A stretch of 64,000 bases of DNA, taken from contig OZ252244.1 in assembly GCA_965249575.1 (NCBI GenBank), positions 3,795,290 to 3,859,289 on the forward strand, in the 5' to 3' direction. The stretch is from Gemmatimonadales bacterium (GTDB lineage Bacteria > Gemmatimonadota > Gemmatimonadetes > Gemmatimonadales > GWC2-71-9). The translations under genes were made by a program, and so were the position numbers. Every line of letters starts with the position of its first letter. The first letter of the stretch is position 1. Below the pieces are notes generated by a model. The model saw only the letters and a list, made by a program, of their open reading frames with translations, had not been told where the DNA came from and ran no database searches. Positions 14,194 through 23,802 of the stretch are shown piece by piece.

Positions 14194-15492
14194 TTGATGA
14201 CGCGAGATCGTTCGGTCTCCCGGTGGGGGATCGTCGCCATTCTGGCCGGTTTGGGTCTTGTCAGCTACTTGACCCGCATGAACCTCTCGGTCGCCGCCAA
14301 GTTCATGATGCCCGAGCTGTCACTGACCGAAGTTCAGATGGGTCAGATCTTCGCGGCGTTCATGGTCGGCTATACGGTATGCCAGATACCGGCCGGCCTG
14401 TTCGCTGATTGGCTCGGTCCGCGCCGAGTGCTGGTGACCGCCGTCCTGGGCTGGGGTTTGCTCACCGTGCTCACCGGTATCGTTCCGGGGGCAGTGGTCA
14501 TGGCCGGCGCGCCGGCGCTCGTCGCGCTCATCGTCCTGCGCTTCGTCCTCGGGATCCTCCAGTCGCCAACGTATCCCGCGGGTGCCCGCGAGATGCAGGC
14601 CTGGTTCGGTCCACATGAACGCGCGGTCGGGCTGGGCATCATCATTGCCGGCACCATGTTGGGATCGGCCGTGACCCCGCCGCTTGTAGCGTCGTTGATG
14701 GTCGCGATCGGCTGGCGTGCGTCCTTCTACTGGGCCACCATTCTGCCGCTGATTATCGCAGCGCTCTGCTGGCGATACCTGACGCGCCCGTCGCCGGTCG
14801 AGGCAGACCCGAGTGCCGTGCCCCCGGGATCGTCCCAGCTCTCGCGAGCCCATCGGGCCCGCCGGATCGCACAGGATCTGTGGAGCTTGCTACGCCAGCG
14901 AAGCTTGCTGTACCTCTGGATGAGCTATTTCCTGCTCGGATGTCTATGGTACCTATTCATTTTCTGGTTCTTCCTGTACCTGGTCGACGTTCGGGGCTTC
15001 AGCGTGTTGAGGGGTGGAGTATTTGCGAGCCTCCCCTTCTTGGTCGCCACGGTGACCACACCGCTCGGCGGTGCGATTAGCGACCGGCTATCCCGAAAGC
15101 GGGACACATTCTACGGCAAGCGAATCGTAGCCCTGGTCGCCTTCACCTCGGCCGCGGGATGCCTCGTTGGTGGAGCGACCGCAAACAATGCCTACGTAGC
15201 CATCGGCTTCCTGTCACTCGCCCTGGGACTTCTCGAGAGTACCGAGGGACCGTTCTGGGCCGGCGCCGTTGAGATCGGTGGTGATCGTGCCGGCGCGGCC
15301 AGCGGTGCGCTCAATATGGCCAACAACCTAGGCGGGATCGTGGCCGGAGCACTCACTCCCATCCTCGCCGACCGGCTGGGCTGGATCGCCGTGCTCACGA
15401 CCGCCGGCGTGCTGTCGTTACTGGCCGGCCTGTTGTGGCTTGGCGTTCGGCCAGCGGCTGGCAACCGCGATGCCGTCTTGACCGCGGCATAG
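14194..15492 (+). CDS. MFS transporter, anion:cation symporter (ExuT/GudP/DgoT-like)
   Basis: About 12 hydrophobic segments, TM1 SYLTRMNLSVA, motif A GLFADWLGPRR, GWRASF, GGAISDRL. Confidence 0.88.
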   Translation: MMTRDRSVSRWGIVAILAGLGLVSYLTRMNLSVAAKFMMPELSLTEVQMGQIFAAFMVGYTVCQIPAGLFADWLGPRRVLVTAVLGWGLLTVLTGIVPGAVVMAGAPALVALIVLRFVLGILQSPTYPAGAREMQAWFGPHERAVGLGIIIAGTMLGSAVTPPLVASLMVAIGWRASFYWATILPLIIAALCWRYLTRPSPVEADPSAVPPGSSQLSRAHRARRIAQDLWSLLRQRSLLYLWMSYFLLGCLWYLFIFWFFLYLVDVRGFSVLRGGVFASLPFLVATVTTPLGGAISDRLSRKRDTFYGKRIVALVAFTSAAGCLVGGATANNAYVAIGFLSLALGLLESTEGPFWAGAVEIGGDRAGAASGALNMANNLGGIVAGALTPILADRLGWIAVLTTAGVLSLLAGLLWLGVRPAAGNRDAVLTAA

Positions 15493-15575
15493 CCGTGAGG
15501 AAGGAACGCGTGGCTCCGAAGGCTCAGTCGAGACATCAGGCGAAGGTCGTCACGGACAAGACGGGGGTATCCACG

Positions 15576-16994
15576 ATGCGCAATGGACGGGCGGCGGCAT
15601 GTCACCCATACATGCCGAACGCTGTTCCCGAAACGAAAGCTGCCATGATGCGGGCGATCGGTGTTGACGACATCGACGAGCTGTTCGAGCAGATACCGGA
15701 GCGCCTACGCCTCAAGGAACCGCTCACGCTGCCGGACCCGCTGGTCGAAGAAAGCGATCTGAGCCGGCACCTCAGAGAAACGCTGTCCAAGAGCCAGTCA
15801 TGCGAAGACGCCCTCAGTTTTCTCGGCGCCGGCTGCTGGCAGCATTACGTGCCGGCTGTCTGCGATGAGATCGCCCAACGCAGCGAGTTCCTTACCGCAA
15901 ACTTCGGGTCCGCGTCCTCCGATCACGGGCGTTTCCAGGCCTACTTCGAGTTCTGTAGCCAGATGGGCGAGCTCCTGAACATGGATGTCGTTGGGCTCCC
16001 CACCTATAGCTGGGGCTGCGCACTCGGAAATGCGATCCGCATGGCCGCCCGGATGACCGGCCGCCGGGAAGTGCTGGTGCCCCGCACCATGAGCCCCGAG
16101 CGGCTGGCCGTACTGAAGAGCTTCTGCGGCCCAGAGGACGTCGCCGGGCACATCGCGATCCGTGAAATCGGGTTCGACAAGAACACCGGTCTGCTCGATC
16201 TGGACCACCTGACTCGCGAGATCTCGAACAAGACGGCGGCAGTGTACTTCGAAAACCCGAGCTATCTGGGGTTCATCGAGGAGCACGGAGCGGAGGTGTC
16301 GCGCATCGCCCACGAGCATGGCGCGGAGAGCGTGGTGGGCGTGGATCCGATATCACTGGGCGTGATCGCCGCACCGTCGGACTACGGAGCCGACATCGCA
16401 GTTGGCACGACGCAGACCCTGGGAATTCACATGAATTGCGGAGGTGGTGTTGGCGGGTTCATTGCCAGCCGCGATGAAGATCGGTACGTGGGTGAATATC
16501 CGACGTTGCTCGTGAGCATCGCACCCACTAGTGCCGGCGGTGATGAGCGGGCGTTCTTCCTGAGCTGCGAGCACCAGACCTCGTATGGGCTCCGTGATGA
16601 GGGGAAGGATTGGACGGGGAACGCAGTCTATTTGTGGACCATCGTCAACGCCGTCTACATGTCGTTGCTGGGACCTCAGGGGTTCCGTGAAATTGGCGAG
16701 GTCATCATCCAACGATCGCGATACGCCAGGAAGGTCCTGGGCCGGATCCAGGGAGTCGACGTCTCCTTTGCGCCAGGCGGATTCAAGGAGTTCCTCGTCA
16801 CCTTCGACCAGGTCGGCAAGACGGTCGGAGAAATCAACCGGGCGCTGCGCGGCCACGGAATTTTCGGAGGCAAGGACCTGTCAAAGGAGTTTCCCGAATT
16901 GGGCGAGAGCGCACTGTACTGCGTGACCGAGATACACACCCAACGAGATGTCGACCGGCTTGCCGGCGCACTCAAGGAGGTCCTGGCCCGATGA
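15576..16994 (+). CDS. gcvPA: Glycine dehydrogenase P-protein subunit 1-like (divergent)
   Basis: HPYMPN, ELFEQIP, SFLGAG..HYVPAV, RSEFLT, ENPSYLGFIE, DYGADIAVG, LYCVTE. ATG 15576 follows a GGGGGT SD. Confidence 0.85.
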   Translation: MRNGRAAACHPYMPNAVPETKAAMMRAIGVDDIDELFEQIPERLRLKEPLTLPDPLVEESDLSRHLRETLSKSQSCEDALSFLGAGCWQHYVPAVCDEIAQRSEFLTANFGSASSDHGRFQAYFEFCSQMGELLNMDVVGLPTYSWGCALGNAIRMAARMTGRREVLVPRTMSPERLAVLKSFCGPEDVAGHIAIREIGFDKNTGLLDLDHLTREISNKTAAVYFENPSYLGFIEEHGAEVSRIAHEHGAESVVGVDPISLGVIAAPSDYGADIAVGTTQTLGIHMNCGGGVGGFIASRDEDRYVGEYPTLLVSIAPTSAGGDERAFFLSCEHQTSYGLRDEGKDWTGNAVYLWTIVNAVYMSLLGPQGFREIGEVIIQRSRYARKVLGRIQGVDVSFAPGGFKEFLVTFDQVGKTVGEINRALRGHGIFGGKDLSKEFPELGESALYCVTEIHTQRDVDRLAGALKEVLAR

Positions 16995-18547
16995 CCGGAC
17001 AGGTGAAGCTACGTAACTACCACGCCGCAGTGTGGAGCGAGCCGGTCGTCATGGAGATGGGATACCCCGGACGGAGGGGCATTGCGATTTCACAAGCCGA
17101 AGACGCGGTCCGCCAAGAGGTGGGCGACGCTGAACGGCACATCCCGGCCGCAATGCGACGCAAGGATCCTCCCCGGCTACCGGAGCTGTCTCAACCCGAG
17201 GTGCTGCGTCACTATCTGCATCTCTCGCAACAAACGCTCAGCATGATGGGGATCAATCTCTTTGGCACGTGCACGATGAAATACAACCCGCGAGTAGCGG
17301 AGCAGGCCGCTACGGCCCCGCAGATGGCGGAGCTGCACCCGTATCAAGACGAAGAGACGCTGCAGGGACTGCTCGAGATAATCTACCGTTTCGACAACAT
17401 GTGCCGCGCGGTCTCGGGCATGGATCAATTCGTCTTCCAGCCAGGTGGCGGCTCCCACGCAGCCTACACGCACGCCTGCGTGATGCGGGCATATCATGCC
17501 GCACGCGGGCAACTAGAGCAGCGAAACGAGGTGATCACTACGCTGTTCACTCACTGCTGCAATCCGGCGGTCGCCGCGACGGCGGGATTCAAGGTGATCA
17601 ACCTGATGCCGGACGAGAACGGCTATCCGTCGCTCGATTCACTGAAAGCGGCCGTCTCGGAGCGAACCGCGGGGCTGATGACAGTCAACCCGGACGATCT
17701 GGGCATCTACAATCCGGACATCGACGAGTGGGTAAAGGTCGTGCACGACGCGGGGGGGCTGTGCTTTTACGATCATGCCAACTTCAACGGTGTGATGGGG
17801 CTGACCCGGGCGCGCGACATCGGCTTTGATGCGTGCATGTACATGCTCCACAAAACCTTTGGCGCTTCGAAGGGTGGGATGGGACCCGCCGGAGGGGCGT
17901 ACGGCTGCACCAACGAGCTCGCCAAGTATCTCCCGGTTCCGGTCGTGACGTACGACGGGAGCGCCTACCACCTCGACGTCGACCGGCCGGACTCGATCGG
18001 CAAGATCCGCGAGTTCTGGGGCAACGCCCAGGTGGTCCTCAAGGCGTACGCTTGGGTGCTGGCGATGGGAGCGGCCGGCATTCGGGAGGCCCGCGAGCTC
18101 TCCGTGCTTGGAAACAACTATCTCGAGAAGCTCCTGATGGAGATCAAAGGGGTCTCCAAGGGGTTTCCGAACATGACCAAGCGGCGGCTCGAGATGACGC
18201 GGTACGGATGGGACCGTCTGACTCAGGAGACCGGCGTCAATACGGTAGACATTCAGCACCGGATGACGGATTTCGGCCTGGACGCGTATTGGATGGCTCA
18301 CCCACCCCCGATTGTGCCTGAACCATTTACACCCGAGGCGGGCGAGACGCCGCCGCTGGAGGACATCGAGTATTGGGCAGCAGTGCTCAAGCACATCGCG
18401 TCGGAAGCTTATTCGACTCCAGAGGTCGTCAAGAGCGCGCCGCACAAGCAGGTGGTGCACCGCGTCGACTTCGACGCGCTGCAGGATCCGGCTCGCCGGG
18501 CGATGACGTGGCGTGCACACCTGAAGAAACGCACTACCAAGGGGTGA
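16991..18547 (+). CDS. gcvPB: Glycine dehydrogenase P-protein subunit 2-like (divergent), PLP-dependent
   Basis: LPELSQPEVLRHY..LS, GTCTMKYNP, HPYQ, YDHANFNG, PLP-lysine LHKTF (K288). ATGA overlap with the upstream gene. Confidence 0.87.
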   Translation: MTGQVKLRNYHAAVWSEPVVMEMGYPGRRGIAISQAEDAVRQEVGDAERHIPAAMRRKDPPRLPELSQPEVLRHYLHLSQQTLSMMGINLFGTCTMKYNPRVAEQAATAPQMAELHPYQDEETLQGLLEIIYRFDNMCRAVSGMDQFVFQPGGGSHAAYTHACVMRAYHAARGQLEQRNEVITTLFTHCCNPAVAATAGFKVINLMPDENGYPSLDSLKAAVSERTAGLMTVNPDDLGIYNPDIDEWVKVVHDAGGLCFYDHANFNGVMGLTRARDIGFDACMYMLHKTFGASKGGMGPAGGAYGCTNELAKYLPVPVVTYDGSAYHLDVDRPDSIGKIREFWGNAQVVLKAYAWVLAMGAAGIREARELSVLGNNYLEKLLMEIKGVSKGFPNMTKRRLEMTRYGWDRLTQETGVNTVDIQHRMTDFGLDAYWMAHPPPIVPEPFTPEAGETPPLEDIEYWAAVLKHIASEAYSTPEVVKSAPHKQVVHRVDFDALQDPARRAMTWRAHLKKRTTKG

Positions 18548-18575
18548 GTCGGCCTCTCCCGCGTCCTAAGGCTCG

Positions 18576-19730
18576 ATGATGTCGGGATCGGGAGGCGATG
18601 CGTCGGCGCGCAGTCGGCGAATCGTCGGGCTCATCGTCAATCCCATCGCCGGAATGGGTGGCAGCGTGGGCCTCAAGGGAACGGATGGGCCGGTCATCGA
18701 CACCGCGAGAGCGTTGGGTGCGGTGCCGCAAGCGGGTCTCAAGGCCGTGCGCGCCCTCCGCAGACTGTCCCCCGTCGCAGAACGGCTCGAAATCCTCACT
18801 TGTCCCGACGAGATGGGCGCTCGGGCCGTGGAGGCGGCAGGGCTCTCTGGACGCGTGGTCGTGTCGGCCCGAGAGGGTGCCAGCGGCCCCGAGGATACGC
18901 AGGAAGCCGTGCGCGCGATGGCCGGACGCGACGTCGATCTGCTCCTCTTCGCGGGTGGGGACGGGACTGCCCGAGATGTCGCCGACGTGGTGGGACCGAG
19001 CCTGCCCGCACTTGGCATCCCAGCGGGCGTCAAGGTTTACTCCGGCGTGTTCGCAACCACTCCGGAAAACGCCGGGAATTTGGCTGCGCAATTCCTGGGC
19101 GCAGGACAGGTAACCGACCTGCGAGAAGCCGAGGTCGTCGATGTCGACGAAGCGGCTGTGCGGGAGGGCCGTCTTTCTGCGTCGTTGTATGGTTACCTGA
19201 GGGTCCCGAGCGCACCACAGTTGGTTGCTGGCGCTAAGAGCGGCTCCGCCCGCGACGAGCGCGCTCTCGGCGGAATAGCCCACAGTATCGCCCGCGGAAT
19301 GGAGCCCGACTGCCTCTATGTCATCGGGCCCGGCACGACGACTCGAACAATTGTCCGGCACTTGGGCCTTGAGAGCACGCTGCTCGGCGTCGACGTCGTC
19401 TGCAACGGGCAGTTCGTCGGCACCGATCTGAGCGAGCGCCAGCTCCTCGCGCTCCTCGAGGGTGGGAAGCGGGCACGGATCATAGTAGGGGTCATTGGTG
19501 GCCAGGGGTACATCTTCGGACGCGGCAATCAGCAGATCGGACCTCAGGTCATCAAGAAGGTCGGGCGTGACAACATCCTCGTGGTGGCGACCGCGGCGAA
19601 GCTACTGTCGCTGACCCGCGGCGTGCTGCTGGTCGACACCGGCGATCCGGCCTTGGACCGGGAGCTCCAGGGCTTCATACGCGTTGTGTCCGGAAACGAA
19701 GAGGAGACACTATTCCGGGTGCAGGCCTGA
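18576..19730 (+). CDS. ATP-NAD kinase-like / AcoX family protein (COG3199-like)
   Basis: GLIVNPIAGMGG..GLKGTDG, AGGDGTARD, GIPAGVKVYSGVFA, GPGTT, TLLGVD, GRGNQQ and LLVDTGD motifs. Confidence 0.85.
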   Translation: MMSGSGGDASARSRRIVGLIVNPIAGMGGSVGLKGTDGPVIDTARALGAVPQAGLKAVRALRRLSPVAERLEILTCPDEMGARAVEAAGLSGRVVVSAREGASGPEDTQEAVRAMAGRDVDLLLFAGGDGTARDVADVVGPSLPALGIPAGVKVYSGVFATTPENAGNLAAQFLGAGQVTDLREAEVVDVDEAAVREGRLSASLYGYLRVPSAPQLVAGAKSGSARDERALGGIAHSIARGMEPDCLYVIGPGTTTRTIVRHLGLESTLLGVDVVCNGQFVGTDLSERQLLALLEGGKRARIIVGVIGGQGYIFGRGNQQIGPQVIKKVGRDNILVVATAAKLLSLTRGVLLVDTGDPALDRELQGFIRVVSGNEEETLFRVQA

Positions 19731-19734
19731 TGAC

Positions 19735-21504
19735 ATGCGCGTGATTACCAAGGGAATTGCGGCGAAGGACGCCGGACTGGCCTTCGAATTCGAAGGGCGT
19801 CGCATCCAGACGGTACCGGGTGCGTCCCTGGGCGCGGCGTTAATTGCCGCCGGTGAGCGAATCTGCCGGCGGACACCTTCTGGTGCACCCAGGGGGCTGT
19901 TCTGCGGCATGGGGGTGTGCCTGGATTGCCTCGTCACGGTCGATGGTGAGCCGAACCAGCGTGCGTGCATGACCGCCGCGGTGGACGGCACAACAGTAGA
20001 ACGTCAACAACCGCTTGCCGCCCATCATGCTCCACCTCGGGAAGTCTCTCAGCGCGACGAGTCCATGGATGTGTTGGTGATAGGAGCGGGGCCGGCGGGG
20101 TTGGCGGCGGCGTCAGTGGCATCGGAAGCCGGCCTAGACGTGACCCTGGTGGACGAGCGTGCCAAACTCGGCGGTCAGTATTTCAAGCAACCGGCCGATG
20201 GGTTCACCGTCGACGATGAACTGGTCGACCGGCAGTTTCGGCAGGGGCGCTCGATGATTCACCGCGTCCACCGGTCGGGTGTGCGTTTGCTGAGTGGCGT
20301 CACCGTTTGGGCTGCCCACGGACCGACGGAAGTACGGGCGGTGGGAAACGGCGTAAACTACGTGCTTCGCCCGAAGCGACTGGTGATCGCAACGGGCGCG
20401 TACGACCAGGCCGTACCGATGCCCGGCTGGATGCTGCCGGGGTTCATGACCACCGGAGCGGCACAGACGCTCCTCAGAGCCTACCAGGTCGCCCCGGGAA
20501 ATCGAGTCGTGATCTCTGGCAACGGGCCGCTCAACATCCAGCTCGCCGCCGAGCTGACTCGAGCCGGGATCACGGTGGTCGCTCTCGCGGAGCTGGCGCC
20601 GGCTCCCGGCCTTCGGTCGATATCGCGCCTGGCAACGATGTTCTGGACCGCGCCAGACCTCCTGTTTGAGGGCGCAGGCTACCTGCACACTTTGCGCCGT
20701 GCCGGTGTGCCCATGCTGTACGGCCAGTCGGTGATCGCTGCAACGGGAGACGGTAGCGTCGCGGAGGCTATGGTGGCCACTATCGATTGCGACGGGCGAC
20801 CAATGCGGGGAACCGAGCGCGTGCTGGACGCCGATGCTGTCTGTATTGGCTTCGGCTTCCTGCCGTCCAATGAGATCTCCCGGGCACTTGGCTGCCGTCA
20901 TCACTTCGACGAGCGACGGCGGCAGCTCGTCGTGGAGCGAGATCGGTACGGCCGAACGACCGTCGACGGCGTGACAGTCGTTGGAGACGGCGGCGGGCTT
21001 GGTGGGGCGCGGATCGCGTTGGCTCAGGGCACGCTTGCTGGCGTGGACGCCGCCCGGCATCTGCGGGCGGGTGACACGCGCACGCTCGCCCTCGAGGCTA
21101 GCGGGGCCGAGCGGGAATTGCGCCGGCAGGAACGATTCCAGCGCGCTCTCTGGGAACTGTACAGATCACCACTCCTCGTGGACCAACTCGCGACCGACGA
21201 CACGCAGATTTGCCGGTGCGAGGAGGTCAGCTTGGGCGCCATCCGTGAGGCAATGGACGGCGGGGCCGAGTCACTGGGTGCTCTGAAGCGTATAACCCGG
21301 GCGGGTATGGGCCGTTGCCAAGGACGGTATTGCGCCGGGTTCATCGCCGGCATGCTCCGGGCGCGCAGTGGCCGGCCGCTCGACGAGCTGGAGTTCTTCG
21401 CGCCGCGCGCACCGTTTAAGCCGGTTCCTATCGGTGCAGTGGCTCCCGGTCGTTTCGCCGATTCGGCTATGGCTCAACGTGGGTACCCACCCGATGAATC
21501 GTGA
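19735..21504 (+). CDS. Fused (2Fe-2S)-binding + FAD-dependent oxidoreductase (HcnA+HcnB / opine or proline dehydrogenase alpha-gamma type)
   Basis: N-terminal FCGMGVCLDC...RAC, FAD motif VIGAGPAG, ATGA, GNGPL, C-terminal BFD-like CRCEEV...GMGRCQGRYC. Confidence 0.88.
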   Translation: MRVITKGIAAKDAGLAFEFEGRRIQTVPGASLGAALIAAGERICRRTPSGAPRGLFCGMGVCLDCLVTVDGEPNQRACMTAAVDGTTVERQQPLAAHHAPPREVSQRDESMDVLVIGAGPAGLAAASVASEAGLDVTLVDERAKLGGQYFKQPADGFTVDDELVDRQFRQGRSMIHRVHRSGVRLLSGVTVWAAHGPTEVRAVGNGVNYVLRPKRLVIATGAYDQAVPMPGWMLPGFMTTGAAQTLLRAYQVAPGNRVVISGNGPLNIQLAAELTRAGITVVALAELAPAPGLRSISRLATMFWTAPDLLFEGAGYLHTLRRAGVPMLYGQSVIAATGDGSVAEAMVATIDCDGRPMRGTERVLDADAVCIGFGFLPSNEISRALGCRHHFDERRRQLVVERDRYGRTTVDGVTVVGDGGGLGGARIALAQGTLAGVDAARHLRAGDTRTLALEASGAERELRRQERFQRALWELYRSPLLVDQLATDDTQICRCEEVSLGAIREAMDGGAESLGALKRITRAGMGRCQGRYCAGFIAGMLRARSGRPLDELEFFAPRAPFKPVPIGAVAPGRFADSAMAQRGYPPDES

Positions 21505-21545
21505 TCCGGGTGGGGCCTGCCGTCCGGCGCACCCTGAACGACCGC

Positions 21546-22697
21546 CTAGTGGTAGCGCGTCGCGGAAAAGGCTGCCAGGTCCAGGTCGGGATCTCGGCCG
21601 AGGACCAACTGGGCCACGGCCCTCGCTCCGATCGGCCCGGCCGTGAACCCCAACCACGGAATGGCATTCACGAAGCACCCGGGAATGCCCGGGATCTCCC
21701 CGAGAACCGGTCTCCAGTCGTCGGATCCGCTGACGATCGCCGGCCAGGTCCGCAGCAGCTGGAGGCGCGAAATCGCCGGGACCACCGTTTGGGCGACCTG
21801 GAGATTCGCTCGAAGCGAATCCGGATCTACGGCAAGCCGACCGGTGGTTGGCTCGTATCGAGCAGGCCAGCCCCCTCCGATGAGCAGGCAGCCGCTGGCC
21901 GCCTGCTTCAGCGACAGCTTTTCACCTGCGGAGTAGACGAGGTGCGGCACTAGCGGGGCTACTGGCTCCGTAACGCTGACCTGGATAGGATACCCTTCAA
22001 TGGGAAGGTCGAGTCCCACCATACGGGCAACTCGGGGGGCGTCGGTCCCCGCGCAGTTCACCATCCGGCGGGCCCCGAAGACGCCCGCGCTCGTCTGGGC
22101 TCGGAAACCGCTTCGGTCGTGCTCAAGGCCTAGCAGCTCCGTGCGGCAGTGAATCCGTGCCCCGAGGGATTCGGCTGCTCGCGCAAACGCTGGCGTGGCG
22201 AGGAGCGGGTTGGCCTTGCCCTCCGTGGGGCAGTAGGCTCCGCCCGCGAGGTCCTCGTTGATGTAGGGTGCCAGATCAATGAGCGCATTGCGCGAAAGCA
22301 TCTCGACCGAAAGACCATGGGCGCGCTCGATGGACACCTTTCGCTCGATGTCTTGGAGTTGGGTGTCGTTCTCGGCGACCAGTAAGCCGCCGCGAAGGGA
22401 GACCTCGAGATCCGCCCCCAACTCCTGGCCAAGGCCAGACCAGAGGGCGATCGACTCGAGCAGCAGCGGAATGGTGCGTGCGTACGCCTCCGTCCACTGT
22501 TCCCCGTACAGGATGAAGGGCTCGTGAGGAATCTGCGCGTGCAGACTGCCCGAGTTGCAGCCCGATTGCTGGGTGTTAAGGTCCCACCGCTCAATCAGGG
22601 TGACCTCGACGCCCTCGCTGGCCAAGTAATAGGCGGTCGCGCTTCCGGCGAGGCCGCCCCCGACGATCAGGACGTCGGTTCGGCGGGTCTCAGGCAT
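21546..22697 (-). CDS. FAD-dependent D-amino/imino acid oxidase-type subunit (HcnC/OoxB/SoxB-like)
   Basis: IVGGGLAG, SGCNSGSLH, EGKANP, VNCAG, DWRPVLG, GFTAGP. Confidence 0.88.
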   Translation of the reverse strand: MPETRRTDVLIVGGGLAGSATAYYLASEGVEVTLIERWDLNTQQSGCNSGSLHAQIPHEPFILYGEQWTEAYARTIPLLLESIALWSGLGQELGADLEVSLRGGLLVAENDTQLQDIERKVSIERAHGLSVEMLSRNALIDLAPYINEDLAGGAYCPTEGKANPLLATPAFARAAESLGARIHCRTELLGLEHDRSGFRAQTSAGVFGARRMVNCAGTDAPRVARMVGLDLPIEGYPIQVSVTEPVAPLVPHLVYSAGEKLSLKQAASGCLLIGGGWPARYEPTTGRLAVDPDSLRANLQVAQTVVPAISRLQLLRTWPAIVSGSDDWRPVLGEIPGIPGCFVNAIPWLGFTAGPIGARAVAQLVLGRDPDLDLAAFSATRYH

Positions 22698-22816
22698 GGT
22701 GTGGGACGGGCACCTTGGCTACCATGGGACGAATCATTACACCGCGGCCGTTTTCAGCGCCAGCGATCGAGCCGGGGACGAGCAGCGGCCACTGTAACTC
22801 ATCAGGAGTCGGCACC

Positions 22817-23782
22817 ATGACCAGGGAATTTCGCGGCAGCTTCACGGTGACCATCACTCCCTTTACAGCGAACGGGGCTGCGATCGATATGCCGGCCCTC
22901 GCGCTTTTTCTCGATTGGCAGCTCGACGTCGGGGTGCCTGGAATCATCATCCTCGGCACGACGGGCGAATTCCTCACAGTTTCAGAAGAGGAACGATCGC
23001 GGTACATCGAGGCCACGGTGAGCCATATTGCCGGCCGGATCCCGGTGATCGTCGGGACCGCGAACGCCTACACCCCCCGCGCGGCCCGGTTCAGTCGGGA
23101 AGCCGAGGCGCTCGGCGCCGACGGCCTCATGATCATTCCACCCTACTACTACACGCCAACCGAAGATGAAATCTTCAGATACTATCAAGCCATTTGTGAC
23201 ACTACGTCGCTTCCGATCATGCTGTACAACAATCCCTGCACGTCGAATGTGGATATGTCGGCTAAGCTTGTGGCCCGCTTAGCCCGCACCTTCCCGAATG
23301 TCCGCTACATCAAAGAGGCCAGCATGGACGTGGCCCGGGTTTACGAAATCGTGGAGGAGACGGACGGGCTCGTATCCGTGTTCGCGGGCGAGCGGATCGT
23401 TGAATCGTTCCTCCTGGGAGCCGTCGGATACGTCAATCCATACGGAAACTACATCCCCCGGGCCTCGCACCGCATTTGGGATTTCCTTGTTGACGGACGT
23501 ATCGACGACGCGAAGCGTATTCAACGGCTCATCAACGAGATGGATCATATTATCGCTGAGGGGCACCCTACTTATGGACATCAGTGCTACTCCAAGGCGC
23601 TTGCCGCCGCCGCCGGCTACCCCGTTGGGGACGTTCGTCCTCCCTTAACGACGTTCGCGCAACTGGGGCAGGAAGGTCTGCAGCGCCGGGAGAGGCTAGT
23701 CAAGATCATGCTCGAGCTGGAGGCACTCATAGAGCAGCTTGATACGGCACCAAAGCTCGCGGCGCCGCGGGGCGCGGCATAG
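22817..23782 (+). CDS. Dihydrodipicolinate synthase/NAL family lyase or deaminase
   Basis: ITPF, GTTGEF, PPYY, LYNNP, Schiff-base lysine in YIKEAS. AGGAG SD before ATG 22817. Confidence 0.88.
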   Translation: MTREFRGSFTVTITPFTANGAAIDMPALALFLDWQLDVGVPGIIILGTTGEFLTVSEEERSRYIEATVSHIAGRIPVIVGTANAYTPRAARFSREAEALGADGLMIIPPYYYTPTEDEIFRYYQAICDTTSLPIMLYNNPCTSNVDMSAKLVARLARTFPNVRYIKEASMDVARVYEIVEETDGLVSVFAGERIVESFLLGAVGYVNPYGNYIPRASHRIWDFLVDGRIDDAKRIQRLINEMDHIIAEGHPTYGHQCYSKALAAAAGYPVGDVRPPLTTFAQLGQEGLQRRERLVKIMLELEALIEQLDTAPKLAAPRGAA

Positions 23783-23802
23783 GCCCGGTCACGGTGCAGC
23801 GA

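Noticed and set aside
14050..15575. Glycine riboswitch upstream of the MFS or gcvPA-like gene
   Set aside because: No glycine aptamer motifs are visible, only a GC hairpin at about 14101-14142. This fits a non-glycine role but an Rfam scan is needed.
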